In this document: piece by piece, positions 13,900-25,935 of the stretch
How the letters are laid out: the number at the start of each line of letters is the position of its first letter
Position numbering within the stretch: position 1 is the stretch's first letter
Source of the DNA: the human T2T-CHM13v2.0 reference genome, Homo sapiens
Assembly: GCF_009914755.1 (NCBI RefSeq)
Contig: NC_060938.1
Length of the DNA stretch: 64,000 nucleotides
Reading direction: 5' to 3' (one strand)
Translations under genes and position numbers: made by a program
The notes under the pieces: generated by a model
The model's database searches: none
What the model saw: the letters and a program-made list of their open reading frames with translations, nothing else
What the model was told of the DNA's origin: nothing

Positions 13900-14640
13900 C
13901 AGTGATTGAAAAATAAATGTTAATAAACTTGGGAAATGTAGGACACCAACCATCTGAAAAGAGGTAGAGGACAAGGTCAGTATATCCAGGGACAAAAAAA
14001 CTAATGCAGTTAACCCTGTCTAGGGAAGAATTGGGTGAGGCTATATGACAAGAAAAGACCTGAGATCTAAATTCAAGTTGAATATAAGTCAGCCATGCAT
14101 TTCCAGATCAGAAAGAATAGGAATGTGACATCAAAAATTGGAAAGAAACTTATTGTTGCTCCAAGACTTGCCACGGACCTTATGAGGGCAGGATGTACAA
14201 TTCTGACTTCATAGTTAGAAGAATGATGCAAAGAAGTAAAGTTTGTAAAAGGATGACCGGAAAGATTATAATGGTGGGAGCATGTTCTCTCCTGACATTT
14301 GATGAATAAAGACAGAAAGCTAAGGGTTGACTTAATTGTTTTCAAGGATCATGAAGAATATAGATAGTCACTATTTTGCTCCTTTACACTAGATTGAATA
14401 GGAAGAAATGGGCTGATATTGCTGCAAGAGATAAGTTGGTAATACTTAAGGAAGTACTTCTCAACCAAATATTGGGGCAATGAAGTGCTGAAGTCTCCGA
14501 CTCTGAAATCTGTTTACAGTGGAATAGAAAATCACTAGTTCTGAGTTGTTACTTTATAACATATTTGATGTAGGAGGCTGGGGAGAGTGAATGGAGGAAT
14601 TTGAGATCTGTCTCTTCACAGACCTGGAGGTTCTGAAACT
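13900..14640 (+). mobile_element. CR1/L3-class LINE ORF2 end and 3' region
   Basis: gaaaagacctg...gttgaatataagtcagcc (EKDL..LNMSQ-like), tgtacaattctg (VQFW-like), gaaagctaagggttgacttaattgttttcaag. Confidence 0.65.
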
Positions 14641-15569
14641 GGTTGGAGGGGAGAAGGAAAAGTCAAAGTCAATTAACCATTAAAAACTATGAAGCCAGCT
14701 CTCTACCCGTGGGTCATGGGTGTGTTGAGATGGTTCCTCACACACCAGGGCCAAGCCTTCCCTTCTGAAATCCAGGTGGTGATGCTTTCACATTGTCCCG
14801 TGACTTCACCAGGGTTGTTCCTCCTCGTTCTACTTTAGTCCCTGGTGAGTCACCTGGGTGGAGACTCTGCCTTTGGCCCTGAGGAGGCAGCTGCTCCCTT
14901 TTGAGCTGGGAGGAGCAGCTTCTGTAGGTGTCACGCCCAGAAACTCCACGCAGCTTTGTCAAGCCTCTAAGCCTTTGTCAAGCCTCTCTGTCTGGTCAGA
15001 GATCCAAGACAGAATATCCACTATTATCTGGTATGGTATTCAGTCCTTCTGTTAAGAGAGAAAGGACACCTTTGCACCAGGGCAGTAGCCAACATCAAAT
15101 CAGCTTCAGGAAACATTGAAGCCAATATAGAAGCACCTCTTAGAGTACAGCATCCAGCCTTTCTCTGCCCAGATGGCCACTTGACTTGAACCTACCTTTA
15201 TTCAGATCTAGAAGCCCAGAATCTGCAGAACCAGAGCAACACAGCTGTCCTCACAGTAAGGTGCTGGTCTCCCTAAGGGGGAACATGCAATTTTCTGTTT
15301 GTGATGCAGGTAGTATAACCAGACAAGATGTCACTGAAGACTCACAACTTCTCACAAGAGGTAGGAGATCCATCCACAGAAGAGAAAGGGCACACAAACC
15401 TACCTCTTACAATGTGGATCTGTGTATAGTCACTCAGACCTTCGTTCTGAAATCACTAAATTAAAAAAGAAAAGGGAAGTGTAGCACCAAGAAGTGACTC
15501 TTAGAAAGGAATCCTACTGCCTCTTGCTCTTAGGCTCTGATTTTGCCTGCATTAGGAGTCCTGCATTTC

Positions 15570-16080
15570 TTGAATTTATTCACTCAGCAAATATTCATAG
15601 AGTAGCTACTATGCACTTACATAGGTACTGGAGATAAAATGATGAATAAGACAGACATGGAGTTTATACCTAATGGGGGGAGATAGACTATAAACAAAAG
15701 AAATAAACAAGAGAATATCAGATTTTGATAGGTGATAATAAATCAGGGTGATTGATGGAGAGTTAGTGCTGGGATGGGAAGATTAGTTTAGCTTGAGATA
15801 TTGGGGACAGGCTCACAGAAGAGCTGATTAAAGAAGTTAACCAGCAACTTGAATGATAAAAAAGAGCTAACCAGGTGATGATCCAGCTTTCCAGCAGAGG
15901 GAATTGCTGGTGGAAAGGCCCTACGCCAGGAAAGGGATTAGCGTTCTGGAAGAAGGGAAGCCCATGTGCCTAGAGTTTCATGAGCAAGGAGCTCAGGGAT
16001 CTGAGATGAGGCAGGAAAGCCTTGTCAGGAGGCAGATCTCTAGTGGTCTTGCAGCCATGGGGATAGTGAATTAAAAATCC
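15570..16080 (-). mobile_element. L2 3' region
   Basis: attcactcagcaaatattcatagagtagctactatg...gatgaataagacagacatgg...cagagggaattgctggtggaaaggccct. Confidence 0.85.
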
Positions 16081-16696
16081 TGTAAGAATTGGATTAGACT
16101 CCAGAAGTCATAGAGTTTGCCCTTCTCACTTCAAAAATGGAGAAACAGCCTAGAGGGGTAAATTCTGTCACTCCATCTCAGCCAGCCAAGCATGGTAATG
16201 TGGTGACTGAACATGGGAACTTCTGACACGGTTTCTGCCAATTTCTGCTCAACTCTTCCTGAATGCTAGAAAAGAGGGACTATTGAAAGTCATTAAATAT
16301 TTAAGCACCTGCTCTTTAAAATATGTCACAATCATACTGTCTTTTTGACTCCCACAACTAAAAAATCATGGAGGAAAAAGTCAATCTTGTAGAATAGATT
16401 CCTATTTTCCATAGAGAATGATAGTTTGAACATTGGCTTTTCATTAAGAATTAAATTTTCTAAGGACCGAAAGTTTTTACCAAGAGCCCATGTTCAGGTT
16501 CTATACTTGCCATGAAGGCTTTTCCTAGCCAGGGCCGTACTTCAGATGGGCTGCTTTTGATCCATAAGTTCAGGAGACTCTGGAGAAATGACTGGGTGAA
16601 ACTTATTATGCACTTTTCCAATGTGGGGAGGACCAGAGAGTGTGGGTGTGTATGAGGAAAACACAGATGAGGTTTGGTCATTATTAAAGCCACTGG

Positions 16697-17240
<544 letters not shown>

Positions 17241-18697
17241 TTCAAAGATTTTTTTAAAAGACTTGTAAAAAATGTAGAATTATCTTTTGCTGTCCTTGTA
17301 AAAATGTGGGGGTCTTGTTGATATCTTTATGGACCAGTTTTGTATTGTCTCAATGTGGAGTGTTTAGTTTGGCTATTTAATGTCACAGATCAAATGCAAT
17401 CTCTTCATTCCAGGAGTAGGTCACATTCCTACCACAGGGACATATGGTGCAGCTTCTATGTCTAGAAGGAGCTAACATTCCACTATACATACAAACATCC
17501 AGAATCAGAAAATTATACTATAAGTTATGTATACATAGGACATATGTGTATATACATCTTGGTTTTTCAAACAGCAATGGCATTGCCTAAGGGAGCAATA
17601 GCTTTCACATCCTTCTTTGAGTTGAAAAGAAGGCTTTATTGAAGAGGACATATGGAAGGAGGTTAATTTTGGAATAGCTGAGACTTTTAGTTCTAAAAGG
17701 ATTTGAGGCTGGCTTGATTAAGCACAAACCCATAGCAAGAGATGTGCTGGAGGAACAGGAGTTTGTTGTCACTGGTCTGGCCCTTGTTTAGGATTTACAG
17801 CCCAAGGATCTGCCACCAGCCAAGTGTGGTGGCAAGTGGCACCCTCGTTCTCTGGCTTGTGGCTCTCACAGACGTCATGCTATTTCCTTGTAGGCCTCCT
17901 CATTGTGAGGCCCTTTCATGATTCCCTCCCATTAACTGGCTAGTGGACTATGACAGACATTCTGTTTTCTTTCTTTTCTATATTTTCCCCTTCATCTCTA
18001 TCTCTGAGGGAGAATAGGAGGAAGCAAAGTCCCATTCCCTCCCCCAGGAGATCTTGAATGCACAGGAAGAGCATCCTTCTATCTTTGTTGAGGGTGGATG
18101 AGAGTATAAATGGCTTCCAACTGAGGATGGTAGGACTGGAAGCAATCTCAGAGTCCACTGGGAAATTGCCTTACTTTTCAGTTTTCATGGCACGTGTAGA
18201 AGGAGTTAGCACAGTAGGGTAAATGGAGATTTCTTACAACTGAGGTGCCCAGACCAGGTACTCCAGCTGCCCCAGACCCTGCTTGGCCACCCTGAGGTCT
18301 GAGGGGACCCAAGATTGACAGCTCTGTGATCTTCATGGCCAGCCTTAGGTATCACTATCCAGCTCAAGGTGAGGATTCAGACCTGATTCAGACCTGATTG
18401 TAAAGTACCTGACTTTTGTCCACAGTCCAGTGGTCAGTACCTGTCACATGGACACATCTGACTCTCAGAAAGGCTAAGAACCAGGTTTAGCTGTGTTGGG
18501 AAAAAAGGACACAGGTTTGATGAATAGCTTAGCCAGTCTCTGCCACAGACAGTATGGGACCAACGGTGCTCCAAAGATAGATGCCAAATTGGAACTAAGA
18601 CACACACTGCTTAACCCATAGCACAGTGCTCTCCCCACCAGACCACACTTGGTCATATCTCTCATACGTCCCCTCCCTTTTAAAAACACAGCCCACA

Positions 18698-19008
18698 GGC
18701 CAGGCGCGGTGGCTCACCTGTAATCCCAGCACTTTGGGAGGCCGAGGTGGGTGGATCATGAGGTCAGGAGATCGAGACCATCTTGGCCAACATGGTGAAA
18801 CCCCGTCTCTACTAAAAATTCAAAAAATTAGCCAGGCGTGGTAGCGGGCGTCTGTAGTCCCAGCTACTCAGGAGGCTGAGGCAGGAGACTGGCGTGAACC
18901 CGGGAGGCGGAGCTTGCAGTAAGCCGAGATCGCGCCACTGCACTTCAGCCTGGGCGACAGAGTGAGACTCCGTCTCAAAACAAAACAAAACAGAAAACAA
19001 AAACAAAG
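18698..19008 (+). mobile_element. AluY-class element
   Basis: Diagnostic aggagatcgagaccatc, gtagtcccagc, ggcgtgaacccgggaggcggagcttgcagt; perfect 14-bp TSD aaacacagcccaca at 18684-18697 and 19009-19022. Confidence 0.95.
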
Positions 19009-19022
19009 AAACACAGCCCACA

Positions 19023-19716
19023 AAAGGTGCCGAAAAGGGATCCAAGGAGAAAGTGGTTGAGCCATTTTTTTGAAGTGAGCCTTGTTGATCTACAGAACAA
19101 TGAGGTTGCATTTAGAAAATTCAAGTTCATTACTGAAGGTATTTAGGGTGAAGATTGCCTGACCAACTTCTGTGGCAGGGATTTCACCCACGAAAAAATG
19201 TGCTCCATGGTTAAAAAGTGTCAGACCAGGTATGAAGTTTACGTTAATGTCAGAGCTACTGATGGTTATTTGCTTCATCTCTTTTGTGTTGGTTTTACTA
19301 AAAAAAAAAGAAAAGAAAAGAAAAAGCAACAATCAGATTCTGATGACCTCCTACACCGAGCAACTATAGGCCTGCCAAGCCTGAAAGAAGATGATAGAAA
19401 TCTCGACCTAGGAGGTACAGATGGATGTCTTGGAAGAAGTGGCCATTGAATTGATAGCAGAAAGCGCTGGAAAGACATAGGAGAGGGTTGCCAATCTAGT
19501 TATCCTCTCTATAATGTGTTCATTAGAAAAGTGAAGCTGAAGATGCCCAACTCTGAACTGGGAAAACCTAGGGAGCCTCATGATGAAGGTAGTGGTTCTA
19601 GAAAAGCTACTGGGGTGAGACAGATGCTAACGTTAAACAAGCTGATGGATAAAAGTCCGAGAATCTGTTTAAAAATTCAAACTTTTAATGGTGACAAATA
19701 AAACATATTATTTGTC
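19023..19716 (+). pseudogene. RPS3A: Processed pseudogene of 40S ribosomal protein S3a, 5'-truncated, with stops, frameshifts and an internal deletion
   Basis: Intronless match to RPS3A mRNA: aagtggttgagccattt (KVVDPF-like), tttgaagtgagc...gttgcatttagaaaattcaag (FEVS...VAFRKFK), MCSMVKK...[15 protein letters not shown] and FIRKVK..K.P..ELGK in the ORF track, gaatctgtttaa stop, then aataaa in the 3'UTR. Symbol is the parent gene. Confidence 0.95.
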
Positions 19717-20681
19717 GGGAATTTAAGAAACACATCTCATTAATTACACTTCTAGTCTACCGTAAGTCAATTCCACTCACAGGCAAGGCTTGGTGTAACT
19801 TAGGAATCCCACAATGAAGTTCAGCCCCGCCTCTCAGAATGACAGAGAATTTCCACTGTACTATGAACTCTTTGTAAAAAAAAATCAGCATCTGCATCTT
19901 CAGCTTTGCTTTTTTCTTACCTCTTTCGGTCCTTCCCCACTTGCTTGTTTCCTGAAGACCAGGGGGCAAGATGAAGGTTACTGCATGGTTCACTGCAAAC
20001 ACTGTCTCTCAGTTTTACCTCAACCTTTGATTCAGATGTTTTCACTTCCTCCTCTTCTTACGTATGGCCCTTTGGTCTCTGTCCCCTAGGCTGACTTTCA
20101 TCATCCAATTAGAAATAACACCGTCTTCTTGCTACCATTTCTCTGGGAACCGTAGGGAGTAGACCCCCAGCCTCCTGCACTCCCCACAGGGGCCAGCCGA
20201 GCTTCAAAGGAGTGTGTTGGCAGCACCACCTCACGGCTGGGCTTCCTTTCTGTTTGAACAGCTTCCATTGCTCACTGTTGATCAGTAACTCAATGATTCA
20301 TTAAACACACAAACAATGAGTGAATCTGTTCCATTAGCAAGGCCACCTGTTGATCTCAGACATTCTTAGCTGAACTCGGCAAATACGAACAACAGAATGC
20401 CTACATCAGTCGAGTGCTCTGTCTCTATTTGATGGCATGTTAGAGCAGGAAAAGCAGAGTCCAGGCTTTGCTGATGCTTTTATGCTTTTCCTTTCATCTG
20501 GTGGCAGGGCTGTAAGAGTAAAATGTGGAACACAACCCACCTCTCTATAAGCAGCTGGAAAACTTTAAGAGCTTGGTCGCTGTTCCTTCCTCAGTCTTGT
20601 AGAATTAGAGAAAAAGGAGAGTGGGAATATTCTGTACCCTTTTGCTTGCAGGTGCAAGGGCAATAGAATTAACCAAGCCCT

Positions 20682-20683
<2 letters not shown>

Positions 20684-20729
<46 letters not shown>
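20684..20729 (+). repeat. (AC)23 microsatellite
   Basis: Uninterrupted 46-bp AC run. Confidence 0.98.
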
Positions 20730-20730
<1 letters not shown>

Positions 20731-21281
20731 AAAAGAAGAAAAACTGTAAAAGACATCTTATTGATTGCAATGACACCTTCTCTGCCTTAGAAAAAATACA
20801 ATCTCTTTTCTATGTAGCTTCTGGTTCATGTAGCTGTTCCAGGCCTTTAAGAACTGGTCTACTAGTGTTTACAAGCTTTTAAAAAATATTATACTTTATT
20901 TGGCTACTAAAAGTCATATAAAGCAGACTGGGTTAAGCTGTTGATACAGGCATCACGGTCAATAAAAGTTGAAATTTTATTTTTAAAAATAGCATTTTTC
21001 CTCTCTTATAATTCCTCTTGTTATTATGATAAAGAGGAGAGCTTTTATAAAGTGGGTGGTATTTGTTTGAAACCTGAAAGGTGTACCATACCAGGAATAA
21101 AGAGACACTTGTTCTTTTCTCAGTTAAATACTAAATTGCCTCTTTAGGGTGAATTTAGTATTTAAATGCATAATTATTATGATTTGTACTGTGTTAAGTT
21201 TAAATTTCTCTGCAGTGACACTGATTAAACACAGCTCAGTGTTTCTGTTTGATAGATTTATTCTAGGATATCAGTAAAAAC

Positions 21282-21303
21282 TTGGTTGGTTGGTTGGTTG
21301 GTT
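21282..21303 (+). repeat. (TTGG)5 microsatellite
   Basis: ttggttggttggttggttggtt. Confidence 0.9.
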
Positions 21304-21919
21304 CTTGTAATCAAATGGAAGATGAAGAAGCAGAAGGAAACAACTCTTCAAATAAAATTCCAGTTCCTATGAATTTATTATGTAAAATATAAAAATCATG
21401 AGTTTTAAATTTCCCACTGGATTTCGGAAATGACTGTTGCTAGTGGCTGGTTTACTTTCATTTGTGTGGCACTGGAAATGACAGAGTGCCAGGTGAGGAA
21501 TTCAGTTTGTGTCTCTTTTGTAAATATTCTTTTGCTTTGGGAGGACATGCTTTGAGCTACACACATTCAGAATGAATAAGGTGAACAGATTGAGGCAGGC
21601 AGACCCCACTACTTGGATTCTCTAGGCAGGTGTGAGCATATCTCGCTCATCCAATACATAAAAGACCACGTGCATTTTCAAAGGGATTTCTGCAATCCCT
21701 TTTGCAATCTTTTGACAACCACTACTATGATCTGATTGCCCAATGCAGGTGCTTGTGCAGCCGCCCCACTGTGCCATCAAAAGAATCCTCAGATTCTTCT
21801 GACTAAAAGGGACAGGCAGAAGAAGTAACTTTTTAAAAAGACTAAAAAGGAAATAGCCACATAAAATGAAAAATTAGATGGAAGGTGAATAGCTATCCCC
21901 TCCTGTGATTAGATTGTCA

Positions 21920-22100
21920 CCATCCAATAGAACTTTCTGCAGTGATACAAATGTTCGATACCTGCACTAACCAGTGTGAGAGCCACTAGCCACATGTGAC
22001 TACTGAGCATTTGAAATGTGGCTAGTGTGACTGGGAAATTAAAATTTAATTTTAATTAATTTAAATTTAAATATGCACATGTATTTAGTGGTTGTCATTG
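21920..22100 (+). mobile_element. MER3 (hAT-Charlie MITE)
   Basis: tccaatagaactttctgcagtga...agccactagccacatgtgactactgagcatttgaaatgtggctagtgtgactg...ttaattaatttaaatttaaata. Confidence 0.9.
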
Positions 22101-22179
22101 TAATATCCCCAAGTGACTAGGTTGGTTTCCTACCTTCATTGTAAGCTCTCAGTAAGTATTTGCTGAATCAAAAAGATAA

Positions 22180-22490
22180 AGGTGATCATGGTCTATCTCC
22201 CTTAATACTCTTAGGTGCTTCTCCTGGCCTGAGGATTCCTACTTACTGCAGGTCTTGCCTCCTCTACCCTTGGCTCCGGCTATCCAACCTGTTTCTCCAT
22301 CCTTCAACTTGCCCTTAACCTTCCTTTTTCTGTGTTTTTGTGTGTTCCATTCTCTTCAGCTGGAATGCTCTTCTTCCCACTTGTCCATCTTGGCAGACCT
22401 CTGCTTATAACCCAGAAATATTACTTTCTCTGGGAATGCTATGCCAACTGCCCCAAATGGATATAGTCACTCCTCTTGGTTCCCATAGTG
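22180..22490 (+). mobile_element. L2 fragment
   Basis: cttcagctggaatgctcttcttcccac...ttactttctctgggaatgct. Confidence 0.6.
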
Positions 22491-22516
22491 GTGTAGTGTA
22501 AATATCAGAGCAGTGG

Positions 22517-23550
22517 TGTCTTAGGGCAGACCCTCTGATCTGTGCTAAAGTGTTTATGAATGTATTAGTCAGGGTTCTCTAGAGGGACAAAACTAATAGG
22601 ATACATGCATATATGAAGGGGAGTTTATTAGGGGAATTGACTCACATGATCACAAGGTGAAGTCCCACAATAGGCCATCTGCAAGCTGAGGAGCAAGGAA
22701 GCCAGTCTGAGTCCCAAAACCTCAGAAGTAGGGAAGCCAACAGTGCAGTCTTCAGTGTGTGGCCAAAAGCCAGAGAGCCCTTGGCAAACCACTGGTATAA
22801 GTCCAAGAGTCCAAACGGTGAAGAACTTGGAGTCTGATATTTGAGGACCGGAAGCATCAAGCATGGGAGAAAGATGAAGGCCAGAAGACTTAGCTAGTCT
22901 TGTCTTTCCATGTTCTTCTGCCTGCTTTTATTCTGGCCATCCTGGAAGCCAATTAGATTGTGTCCACCCAGATTGTGGGTGGGTCTGCCTTTCCCAGTCC
23001 ACTGACTCAAATGTTAATCTTCTTTGGCAACACCATCACAGACACACCCAGGAACAATACTTTGCATCCTTCAATGCAATCAAGTTGACACTCAATATAA
23101 TATTAACCATCACAATGAGGAAATTCCCAAAGGAAACTGGGAAAGTAGTGGGGAGGGGTGCACAGAGGTGAGGGGAAGGAGGAAGCCAAGGGAGTGTACA
23201 ATCACAGACAAATTCGATCATCTTTTGCCCAATCTGCAGGCAAAGTCAATAATTATACATCAGGCCTCAGAGTTGTCCTAACCTAAGGCAAAGGAACTGG
23301 AGTTTTCATACCCTCATATCCAGCAGGTATGGGTCAAGAACCACCCCAGGGGACATGCACTCCCTAAGACACTTTGGTTTCTCCATTTGTGTGGGCAAAG
23401 GAGACTCAAAAGATAGTTCTCCAAGAAAGAGTGCAGGTGTTGGCTGTAGGAAGTGAAGCCCATGTGTGTGGGAATGGCAGTAAACTGTGGAGGTGGGGTG
23501 GAGCAAGCAGTACAGAAATGTTGAGAAATGATCCTGAAGTGATCCCCTGA
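22517..23550 (-). mobile_element. LTR16-like ERVL LTR, split by MLT2A2
   Basis: tgtcttagggcagaccct...; ggaaggaggaagccaa; cctcagagttgtcctaacctaaggcaaaggaactggagttttcata. Confidence 0.65.
22561..23114 (-). mobile_element. MLT2A2 (HERVL) full-length solo LTR
   Basis: tgtattagtcagggttctctagagggac...caagttgacactcaat...taaccatcaca; 5-bp TSD atgaa/atgag. Confidence 0.9.
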
Positions 23551-23574
23551 GGGGGTGGGGTGGGAGTGACAGAA

Positions 23575-24105
<531 letters not shown>

Positions 24106-24109
24106 AACA

Positions 24110-24450
24110 TTATATTTTATTGTGATTACATATCCAATTCCTCCATCAGACTTGAGATTCTCCAGGGAGGAACCTACCCTATTAGTCTTCCAATCGCTGG
24201 CACCTAAGCCAATGCCTGACCCAGAGTAGCTGTCTAAACAATATTTCTTGAGTAAATGAATAGTGTTCCACTTTGAACCTAATCTCTCTTAAAATCTCTG
24301 ATGCTATAATCCACTGAAATGCTCTATTCATGTGGCTATTTTGCCAGTTAGACCATAAGGGTAGGAGGGTTTCTTATTCTTTTTTGATTGCCTTAAATGT
24401 AGCACAACCTGGTACATGACAGTTGCTAAATAATTGTTTGTTGAACTGAT
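24110..24450 (+). mobile_element. Two tandem L2 3' ends
   Basis: cagacttgagattctccagggagg...aatgcctgacccagagtag...gagtaaatgaat; second: tagcacaacctggtacatgacagttgctaaataattgtttgttgaactga. Confidence 0.7.
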
Positions 24451-24549
24451 GTTTGTTGGGTAAAGGTCCACCATGTTCCAAGGGTAAGACCATTATGAAA
24501 CCTTAAGGGATATTTTCTCTACTTTAGAGTTTGTTTGCAGACAGTGGTC

Positions 24550-25730
24550 TCAGATCCCTTATGGTTCAGTACAGGAAAACAGAAACCACTGTAGGTTTTT
24601 CATGCAGGATGTGATTTAATAGAGGGAATTAGGTGCTATGGTAGGCAGAATTTATCAAATGGTTCCCCAAAAATCTTATACTGTAATTCTATAAGCTGTA
24701 AGTATGCTAATATAACACTCCTGTGATATATTATATGACTCAGTTTAAGAAAAGGAGATTATCTAAGGGGCCTGATCTAATCACATGAGCCCTTAAAAGC
24801 AGGCAGCTTTCTCCTCGTAAAGGAAAAGCAAATCAGAGTTAAAGTGTGGGGATGGATTTGACACAAGGATTCTGCTGCTGGCTGTGATGTTGTGAGAAGG
24901 ACTCCACGTGGAGGATGCAGGAGGCCTTGTGGGAAGGAACGTAGGTGGCTTTAAGGAGTTGAGAGAGGCCCCTGGTTGATGTTAGCAAGGAAAGGGGAAT
25001 GTCAGTCCTAAAAGCAGGAGGAAGTAAATTCTTCCAACCACATGAATGAACTTGGATGTAGATTCTTTCCAGCGCCTCCAGATAAGAGCTCAATCTGACT
25101 GACCCCTTGATTTCAGCCCTGTGAGAACCCAGAGTAGAGAACCAAGTTGAGCTCACCTGCTCTACGGAAGTGTGTGATAAGTGTTGTTTTAAGGTGCTAA
25201 GTTTGTGATAATTTGCTATATAAATTTTTTTAGTAAAATGAAATTGCTGCAACTTCCATTGCCTTCCATTGCCTGAAACAAATAGGAATAGAAAGCAAAT
25301 ATGAGTGCTTACTACATTGCAGAAAAGACTAGAACCAAGAAAGTACTATGCTGTGGAAAAGACTAGAACCAAGAAAGTAAGGTGGATTACTCTTAGCTTT
25401 CAGGTTATGTCACACAGGTTGCCACCTGAGGTCAGGAAATAATAACTGGCCCACAGCCTTGAAGCTGGTGCCTAGAGGTGACCAGCCAGCTACTATGTTG
25501 GTCACATCTGTGGGAGCTCATACTCAAGTCACCACCACCACCATTGACAGAGGAAGAGGCATCTCTTGCTCTCTTTCCCCTTACAGATATCTCACAAATG
25601 AATTTCATTGTCAAATGTAAGTCAAATTCAGAACCTTGGTGGAAAGCAAATCTGGGATATGTAGTTCCCAGGCTTCTGGTGCCTGAGATAAAGGGGAACA
25701 TATATAAAGGTGGGGGGGGATAATGCTGAT
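24550..25730 (-). mobile_element. Ancient LTR (LTR78/79-like) hosting the MLT1E
   Basis: ggttcagtacaggaaaacagaaaccact...gatttaatagagggaatt on the left; aatctgggatatgtagttcccaggcttc on the right. Confidence 0.5.
24637..25303 (+). mobile_element. MLT1E-type MaLR solo LTR
   Basis: tatggtaggcagaatt...ggagattatctaaggggcctgatctaatcacatgagcccttaaaagc...tgttgttttaaggtgctaagtttgtgataatttgctat; TSD ggtgc (24632-24636)/agtgc (25304-25308). Confidence 0.85.
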
Positions 25731-25774
25731 TGACCATGAATTTTACCCAATATGGCTCTTCAGACTTTCAAGAT

Positions 25775-25935
25775 CCCTTTAAGTCAGCATTCTCATAGGA
25801 GTTATTATTTTCATTTTACAGACCAGAAGACTGAGCTTCAATTGGGTTAAGTATCTTGCCAAAGTTTCATAAATGGTATGTAGCAAAACCGAGAGTAGAA
25901 CTAAATCTCTTTCTCCCCAAGCCTACATTTTTCAG
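25775..25935 (-). mobile_element. MIR
   Basis: tattattttcattttacagaccagaagactgagc...ggttaagtatcttgccaaagtt. Confidence 0.75.

Noticed and set aside
18374-18399. (gattcagacct)x2.4 tandem
   Set aside because: Ordinary slippage duplication.
25322-25379. 24-bp repeats with spacer as CRISPR-like array
   Set aside because: Eukaryotic DNA, two units only, and the spacer is part of a 34-bp tandem unit.
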